Assembly (NCBI GenBank): GCA_951406725.2
Contig: OX597821.1
Span: 47,182,001 to 47,246,000 of the forward strand
Length of the DNA stretch: 64,000 nt
Direction: 5' to 3'
Source: Octopus vulgaris
Lineage: Eukaryota
Position numbers and translations under genes: made by a program
In this document: one piece after another, positions 55,428 through 64,000 of the stretch
Layout of the letters: every line of letters begins with the position of its first letter
Numbering within the stretch: the stretch's first letter is position 1
The notes under the pieces: generated by a model
The model's input: the letters and a program-made list of their open reading frames with translations, nothing else
Databases searched by the model: none
Told to the model about the DNA's origin: nothing

Positions 55428-56974
55428 CTTCTCCATTAATGGTTTTACTGAGGAATGTTACAGGTATCTAGGGTTGGATGAAAATATATCTCACAATGGC
55501 ACCTGTAACAAAACACGTGTCACTAAAGAATATTATAGCCAAATAAAGAAAAGCTGGACCTCAGAACTCTCTGCATTCAATAAAACAGTGTCCCACAATG
55601 TGTCTGCAGTGCCAGTACTCATACCATCAGAGCCATTGATGTGAAAACCCGAAAAATACTAATAAGCACACATAATTTCCACATAAACAGTGACGTAGAC
55701 CGCCTCCACCTAAAACGAAACCAAGGTGGAAGACGCTTAACATCGATCCAAATTGTCCTTGAATGTCGCATCATATCCCTTCGATAACATCTTTTAACCA
55801 CCAAGTGTTGAAGTGCATCCCATGACCAAGTTTGCATACATGAAGCTGATAACATCATAGGACTTGGAAGACAGCTATTTGAGCAACACTCTTTTTCTGA
55901 TAACCAAAGAAGTCGCACGACTCTACCGCAACATATCTTCAGATGAAAGGATGAGCCGATATGAGCAGAAGACTATGCATGGATGTTACTAGAAAGCTCC
56001 GTGATGATAGTAACATCGATCATCAAAGCAATTTATCATGGACCAATAGCCACTTTGAAGGGTATGCGTTTGCAATCCAGAAACAGGAAATATCTGCCAA
56101 GTACCTGATGCACAAAAGGGATAGAGATGCAGGTAAAGCCGTAAAGTGTGAGTTGACACTGAAGATATCACTCACATCACAAGGAGTTGTCCGAAAATGT
56201 CATCACAGTATTATCTACCGATGAGACATGACGTTGTAGCTATGACGCTCTATAATGAAATCTGTCGGAAGGATAATGCCGAGGGCAAAGAAATGAGAAC
56301 CCACAATATGGTAGAAGCCATAGCCACTCATGATAAAAAGGAATACTGGTGGAATGTACCAGTGAAGACCTCAATAAAATATAAGCCCAACAGACCTGGT
56401 ATAATGATTTGGTATTGAGAAGCGAAACTGTGCACAGTTATGGAAATTATCTGCCCAGTGGATGTTAACAAAAAGCTGAAGATCAGTGAAAAAGAGAACA
56501 CCTATGCTGAACTATTGAGAAATCTGCGGTTACTCTATCCAGATTACAAGTTCAGGTTTATACCTGTAATTATTGGGACCCTAGGATATGTAACACACTG
56601 CCTAAATACCAATCTTGAGGAATTGGATTTTTCAGGACCAGAAAGGAGAAAGCTAATTCGAAGACTACAGATCTGATCTATCACTGGAACTGTAAAAGTC
56701 TGTAATACTTTCCAGAAGTGTATCATTTAGATATATATGAGCATGTCTAGATATGCAAGTATATGCATGAGAATGCATGCATAAAACAGATACATACATA
56801 CATACATACATACATACATACATACATACATACATACATACATACATACATACATGCATGCATACATACATAAAAACAAATGTTGTTGAAATTCCAATGA
56901 AGGAGCTTTGATCTAGGTTAGAAACCAGCTCTTTCTCTAGTGGCAAGAAATCTTGAAATAAAACAGAACAATGA
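55428..56974 (+). mobile_element. R4/Dong-clade non-LTR retrotransposon, 3' 1.5 kb, degenerate
   Basis: YRYLGLDE (RT end), SELSAFNK, DVDRLHLKRNQGGR, FAIQKQEI, HI..SCP, MRHDVVA, WWNVPV..NRPG, EIICP, EKENTY, FIPVIIG. Ends AACAATGA(CATA)n. Confidence 0.88.
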
Positions 56975-57854
56975 CATACATACATACTTATACATACATA
57001 CATACATACATACATACATACATACATACATACATACATACATACATACGACGTAATTAGAAAGCTCGAGATTATAACACACGGTAGGCGTAACCATCTC
57101 TGATTATTTCCCCTGATGAAGCCATATACTCAGCATAGCCTGAGTATCAGTATTCAGAGAAAGACTTGTAAATTCGTCTGAAGAGACAAATCATTTGAAC
57201 CGTAAGTTATTAAACCTTTATAAAAGCTTTAATGAGACTCACAATTTAAGCGTTGATCCAACATCTAGGATGTGGCTTCATCTATACACGAACACATATC
57301 CCAGACCGCATCTGAAGCAGCTGACTGACACTACGTCACTCTACAGCAAATGTCAACTTTGACTTACAAGCATACTCTCTTTGTATCCTCTTTTTTGTCC
57401 TTCTTTCCGTAACTACAGTGGTCTCAAACACGACGATATTTTTTAACAGTGGACCCGGAAACAGCTGTCAAGTTAAAAAATTACGTTTTCATCATATTTT
57501 ATTCTGTATTTTTTTGTACTCCATGTAAATTTATCAAGCCTTGTATGGCACAATGTGGAGTTGATTACATTATTTCCATTACTACCTCTATCAATGTGTA
57601 CGCACGTGTGTGTGCATATATGTGTGTGCGTGTGTTTGTGTGTTGTCTTCGAAACGTATGTCGAAAGTAAAAGAATCTCAATAACAGCTACGTTCAACTC
57701 CATTTATTTACTTATACTATACAAATTACTGCACATTAACCCGGAGTTTCTACCTTTGAATAGGTCGCTACATCCTTGTTACTTGCGTGAATTTTACTAC
57801 CCTAGTAACTGTTTATTGAATTTTCCATGTTAACAAAGGATAATTCATTCATCC

Positions 57855-57913
<59 letters not shown>

Positions 57914-57962
57914 ATCTATATGTATGTATGTAAGTATTTATGTACGTATGTATGTATGTATG

Positions 57963-57996
<34 letters not shown>

Positions 57997-58189
57997 TGTA
58001 TGTATGTATGCATGTATGTATGTATGAATGTATGAATGTATGTATGTCACGGTATCAGCCATCAGCCAGACTGTCGGATATTGTTATACATCACTGGTCA
58101 CAATGCTCTTCGCATCATTTTTGCTTTCCAGTGATGCCATCCCGCTGGCCTCGACGACCAGACCCACATTCTCGTTGATCGGAAGTCTA

Positions 58190-58322
58190 TTCTCTCGCTT
58201 TTACAGCCGAGTGGACTGGAACAACGTGAAATTAAGTCCTCTGCTCAAGAACACAACGCGCCGCCCTGTCCGGGAATCGAGCCCGTAATCTAGCGATCGT
58301 GAGTGCAACACCCTAACCATAA
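58190..58322 (-). mobile_element. SINE family C-like head fragment
   Basis: ACTGGAACAACGTGAAATTAAG..GCTCAAGAACACAAC matches 6280-6330. Confidence 0.7.
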
Positions 58323-59046
58323 GGTTCTGTTCTCCTTCCTCAACAATAATTAAGAATCTATTTAGTAATATATATTCTACTGTCTTAGCATCCTCATATA
58401 TCTCCACAAGCTATACAATCCACCCACTCTGATTAATATTGTATATATTCATTGATGTAGCATCGTATATTCTCATTACCTTTACAATCCACTCACATTA
58501 AACAGTCATAAAATCTTACAATTCTAAATCTGATTTTCTTTTGTTTAATTCCTCACATCTATTTATTTTCTTCTGATATTTAAGCCAGACCGTCGGATCA
58601 ATTAAGAGATATCGATTACACTTCGTTTATTACTAGCGATTATAATCAGTATAAATTTGGGACTATTCTCAATGTTGAGAGGAACTATTTGTAAAAGTGT
58701 GTAGCATATGAAAACCGTATATATGTTTGTAGGGATTGTATGTATGTGTGTGTGTATGTATGTATGTATGTATGTGTGTATGTATGTATGCATGTATGTA
58801 TGTATGCATGCATGTATGTATGTATGTATGTATGTATGTATGTATGCATGCATGTATGAAGGTAAGTTAGGAAGTACTATTTGGTCGTGAATAGAGATCT
58901 CTTGGTAGTGTATAGGGTAATTATTAGCAACAATAAAGAACAAATTGTCCATAATGACGATATCGTTTCTGAGTTTATTTACATAATTTTGGGAAAATAA
59001 ACTGATTAATAAATCTTCATTACTGCTGAGAAAATTATTCTTTTTT

Positions 59047-59097
<51 letters not shown>

Positions 59098-59179
59098 GTC
59101 GTCATCATCATCATCATCTTCATCTCCATCATCACCATCGTCACCATCATCATCATCATCATCATTATCATAATCTTCG

Positions 59180-59239
<60 letters not shown>

Positions 59240-59347
59240 CCATCGTCGTCGTCATCATCATCATCATCATCTTCTTCATCATCACCATCATCACCATCGT
59301 CACCATCATTATCATCATCATTATTATCATAATCTTCGTCGTCGACG

Positions 59348-59438
<91 letters not shown>

Positions 59439-59449
59439 TACTATTACTA

Positions 59450-59480
<31 letters not shown>

Positions 59481-59483
59481 TAC

Positions 59484-59521
<38 letters not shown>
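59047..59521. repeat. Compound (CAT)n/(TAT)n microsatellite with higher-order duplication
   Basis: Interruption pattern CACCATCGTCACCATC..ATTATCATAATCTTCGTC occurs twice, ~160 bp apart. Confidence 0.85.
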
Positions 59522-59794
59522 GCTATTGTATATATGTGTGCCTAAGCGACTGAACGTCGTATATATAAACGTATATACTTACCTATATGTGTGTATGCGT
59601 GTGTGCGTGTGTGCGTGTGGGAGAGAGAGAGAGGGGGGGATTATGTGTGCATAAGGATGAGGACGATGAGGACCACCACCACGATGGTGATGATTATGAT
59701 AATGGTGGTGGTGGTGGTGGTGGTGGTGGTGGTGGTGGTGGTGGTGGTGGTGGTAGTGGTGGTGAGAACGACGCCGACGACGATGATGATGATT

Positions 59795-59832
<38 letters not shown>

Positions 59833-60290
59833 GATGATGATGATGATGATGATGTTGATGATGATGATAAGGAGGAGGAGGAGGATAATGATGATGATGA
59901 TGATTTTTGTAAAATAGAATTAGAGTATTTCCTACAGGCAAAATGAAAATATCGACTTACATTTGTTTCAATACATGATTTCACAGCTATCTTTCAAAAT
60001 AAATACAAGAGCGATGCATACATACTGACACATATATAATCACATAAACACATGTATACACACACGCGTGCACACACACACATACATATATACATACATA
60101 CATACATACATACATATATCATATATATTATTACTAACATTGTTAGTAAATATATTAATAATAATAATAATAATATTAATAACAACAACAACAACAACAA
60201 TAATAATAAAAATAATAATAATAATAAAAATAATAATAATAATAAAAATAATAATAATAATAATAAAAATAAGAATAAAAATAATAATAA

Positions 60291-60368
<78 letters not shown>

Positions 60369-60369
<1 letters not shown>

Positions 60370-60926
60370 CTACATACACTAGAAGCTATGCCAACATTAT
60401 GGAATAACAACAGAACAAAGATGGTATAGGCACACACCAGAAAAGGTCACAGAAAACGCGAAAGCTACCATACTCTGGGATATGCCAAATTACACAGATA
60501 GAGAAATTAAGGCCAACAGGCCAGATATAGTTGTCAGAGATAATGAAGAAAAAATACTTTCTAATTGATGTATCAATACCAGCAAATGACAACGAGGCTC
60601 TAAAAGAAATGGAGAAATTTAAAAATACAAAGACCTGGAAATAGAGGTAACTAGAATGTGGAATCTAAAAACAGAAACAATTCCTATCATGGTGGGCGCA
60701 TTAGGTATGATAAAAAAATATTCAGACAAATACATAACAAAATCACCAGGACTTACAAACACATATAACATACAGAAAATTGCACTACTAGGCACTGCAC
60801 ACATCCTACACAAAACACTTTCAATACAGTAGCCATCAGGGCATCACAACAAATCACAGCACATACCTAAGGCACACAGAGCTGCGCTCGGTAGTGAAGT
60901 GAAAGCACGCTATAAAAATAAAACTA

Positions 60927-60929
<3 letters not shown>
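60369..60929 (+). mobile_element. Dong-like (R4 clade) retrotransposon 3' end inserted in (TAA)n
   Basis: WYRHTPEKVTEN..ILWD..TDREIKANRPDIVV..LIDVSIP..KYKDLEIEVTRMW..IPIMVGALG..IQKIALLGTAHIL, stop ~60830; (AAT)n on both sides. Confidence 0.9.
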
Positions 60930-61010
<81 letters not shown>

Positions 61011-61027
61011 TAATAATAATAATAATA

Positions 61028-61542
61028 ATGGCTTCTGATCTTAACTGATTGCAAGTGTTATCATGTACATTGTTTTGTCTTGGTATAAAAGATGGGCTAC
61101 AGCAAATATTCTGCTCAATACCACAGATTTGCTTGTCAGTTGTTTGACCTTAACCAGTTGAGCATGTCCCTTAGTGGCTGACGATATGTGCATCTCTGAT
61201 CACAAGCAGAAGTAGTGGGGGAGCATCATAGCCATATGTTGAGAGGGATTCTTTGGGGTTTGAATAATTCACCTCTGGAAACATGGGTGGTTCTTTCAAC
61301 ATCCTTAAACAACCCTTATTCAGGGACCTTTTGAGCTGGATGGGCTACTCAACCCGAAGAAAATTCTAACTGGGCCCCACCTGCAAGGTCATGTGCTGTT
61401 TATCTTGATATGAGATCACCATGTCGCGCACATATGGTTGTGATGCATGTGCCTGGTGTACCCTTATCAGACGGGTAGTCATGATGGGCTTCGTATATTT
61501 TACCCCAGTGTCACTTTGATGGCATGCACTGCTCTCTCACTC
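61028..61542 (+). mobile_element. (AAT)n-embedded non-coding element, copy 3 (independent, ~30 bp shorter at 5' end)
   Basis: Diverged reverse complement of 44748-45275; ends GCACTGCTCTCTCACTC(AAT)n. Confidence 0.8.
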
Positions 61543-61600
<58 letters not shown>

Positions 61601-61789
61601 TGACCAGCAAACATTAAAGCCAATAAAAGGGCTAATCCATAAGTTTTTTAATTAATTGATAACTATAATTGCGAGTACACGAGGCACCAGCATTGCTGTA
61701 GATAAGAGTCGAAAAATATTGTCTCATCGTAAAGGACAAATGAGGGTTCAGTAAAATAAAGATGTAATCATGTTCTATGGACACGAATA

Positions 61790-62249
61790 TGTCTCTAGAG
61801 GCCTTCTGGTGCCTTGCAAACCTTTTGGTAAATGGAACAAGTTGAGGACTCAGTTTGCTTGAGCGCTGGTGGATCATTTATTATGTGTTTTCTTGAATGG
61901 ACGGCAAGGCCAACTTTGCTAAGTGCCACAAAACCACAATGACGGATAAGGTTTCCATTTAGAGGAGCGGCAATTTGCCAGCATGCCTTCATGCTTGCAC
62001 GATGTTGGTCCCGATGATGGAGTCGACATTGCCCAAATCTTTGAACCGAGGAGAAGCAGGACTGGCGCCAGGTTCTGGATGCCTTATTTTCCCATGAAGA
62101 AAAGGGTAAGTTGCATCGTTTAGTTTGTCTTTGTAGCACAAGAGTGGCCTTCCAACTGACCTTACTGTTGGGAATTGGCCGAAGAGAAGTTGCTTCGGAA
62201 TTCCGATATCAGTCATACGTGAGAGATGACCTGACCATCTAAGCTGTAT

Positions 62250-62250
<1 letters not shown>
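61790..62250 (-). pseudogene. RTE-clade LINE ORF C-terminal remnant
   Basis: IQLRWSGHLSRMTDIGIPKQLLFGQF..RSVGRPLLCYKDKL, then C2H2-like CGFVALSKVGLAVHSRKH and CSIYQKVCK. Confidence 0.8.
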
Positions 62251-62280
<30 letters not shown>

Positions 62281-62506
62281 ATAATATTATATATATAGTG
62301 TATTTTGGACTAATGAGTATATGTCGATTAGTGTGTTGAAGTTTTTAGTAGAGCACTGGCACGGTTTGGGCTACCTGGTGTCATCTGGGTTATATTTCCG
62401 TTCGATCTACTTCAGGAACTCCGCAGTGTTAGTTGAGATATAAAAATAATAATAATAATAATTTCTTAAATAACGAGAAGATGGATTTGGTATTGATTTT
62501 TATTTT

Positions 62507-62606
62507 GTACAAAGGTCGTTTCGACCCATCCTGCTACTGTCCTTATGGATGGGACTCCGTTCAACATGTGTTGCATCCATTCTGCAGTGTGGGTTTCATC
62601 AGGTGC
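62507..62606 (-). ncRNA. Hammerhead-like motif with ~73-nt stem II
   Basis: GCAC-CUGAUGA-A-ACCCA...UGGGU-C-GAAAC-GACC-UUU-GUAC; stems I and III imperfect. Confidence 0.5.
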
Positions 62607-63554
62607 ATCCATACATAAAGTTGTGTCTCGATAAAGGTCCTGAGTTTTGGTTGTCATGTTGTTATATGGCCGTCTGGTTATTCAACTGAATAAGTACCGA
62701 GCTTTAAAAAAAACGTAATGGAGTCAATTCGTTCATCTAAGAATTTTTCAAGGCGGTGTTCCGGCATGGCTGCTGTTTTTCAGCATGGCTGGAATTTCTG
62801 AAGTAAATCCAGGGGCATATAGTCCATACATCAGGTAACCGAATAATGGGAACGGGCTTTAAACAAAATAGTACAAAGTGTATACTAGTATTCAAAATTA
62901 TAACCTATACATATGTACATTAGAATCTGATTATTCACTGAGTCGTTATTCCGAAGGAACTGCTTTTGGTGTTCATGCAAATACTCCAATTCGTGTGCAG
63001 CAGATGTCCCTACTAATCATCATTGGTTGGCATCCTTTTTTGTCTCGGGAGACAATGGAGTTGCGCATAAAGTAGTCTAGTCCGGCTTTTATATTTCATG
63101 TCCTGATACATTTCCTGCTGTGGCTGTGTACTAATCTTCAGATATTCTGATATACCACCAAAGGACTGTTGAGATAAAGTGTTCTTGTATCACATACCAT
63201 GAGAAAGGGAGCAGAGTGACAAATAGAGGAGTGACAAGGAGAAAGAAAGGAGAGAAGGCAACTGTTATTTCAGTGTAAAGTAAGTGCTTCACTATTTGCT
63301 TCAAGTATTAAATACATGTATCAGGAAAAATAAATTCGCTCAGCCTTAAGACAAACACACACACATGATAGATTGAAGAGAAAAAAAAAGTTAAAGAGTA
63401 AAAGGGAGGAAAGAAATGGCCTGGGGGACATAGCTGAAGGCTGGAATTAAAGGGAGAGTCTCTAAACTATATTTTTTGCTCTCTATTTATTAGGAATTTC
63501 TACAATCGCTATTTGACATACTGTCATTTTGGTTTTTTAATCCTCTGGCTATTT

Positions 63555-63598
<44 letters not shown>

Positions 63599-63884
63599 TG
63601 TGCGTGTGTGTGTATGTGTGTGTTTGAGCCTTCATTTGTGTTTAGCTGTGTACCCTACGTGTTGTGTCTGCATGTGGCTGAATGTACCCTCCTGTAAATA
63701 GCGTTGCAAAACCTTGGCAGCACCTCTTGACTTTTCGTGTTATCTCCTCCCTTGTCCGTCCATCTATCTATTTTTTTTTCATTCATTTACTCCTCTCCGC
63801 CTTTTCCTCGTGTTTTTCTTTTTGTTTTTTTTGTTTTGTTTTTTCTCGCACATAATTGCATACACACACTCACACACACACACA

Positions 63885-63937
<53 letters not shown>

Positions 63938-63946
63938 ACACACACT

Positions 63947-63977
<31 letters not shown>

Positions 63978-64000
63978 ACACACACACACACACACACACA

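Noticed and set aside
57108-57475. Hammerhead half-motifs (CTGATGA at 57113; GAAACAGCTGTC at ~57459)
   Set aside because: Could not be assembled into one consistent three-stem fold.
58602-59946. 262-aa Met-rich and Gly/Asp/His-rich ORFs
   Set aside because: (CAT)n, (GAT)n and (GGT)n tracts open in several frames; no domain or splice evidence.

Overview
This 64 kb window is AT-rich, microsatellite-saturated eukaryotic DNA, intergenic or intronic. The repeat families resemble those of octopod cephalopods (recognised from memory, not from a search). I find no credible intact host gene: nearly all listed ORFs are translations of (TA)n, (CA)n, (TACA)n, (AAT)n or (CAT)n tracts. The interpretable content is transposon debris. 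It includes three tRNA-headed SINE families, Tc1 (DD34E) and maT-type (DD37D) transposase remnants, MITEs, a complete non-autonomous Helitron, and several Penelope-like (GIY-YIG) remnants. There are about ten hammerhead-ribozyme motifs, R4/Dong-clade retrotransposon 3' ends in (AAT)n and (TACA)n tracts, and CR1/L2-like, RTE and Tx1-like LINE fragments. A 100-N gap lies at 53804-53903. The most notable patterns are: (i) hammerheads with 60-100 nt stem II or a shared A6U core change; (ii) an R4-clade element apparently specific for (TACA)n, plus a 557-bp non-coding element confined to (AAT)n; (iii) about eight fold-back (inverted) duplications of unrelated sequences, each next to (TA)n tracts. 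Coordinates were counted by eye and may be a few bases off.
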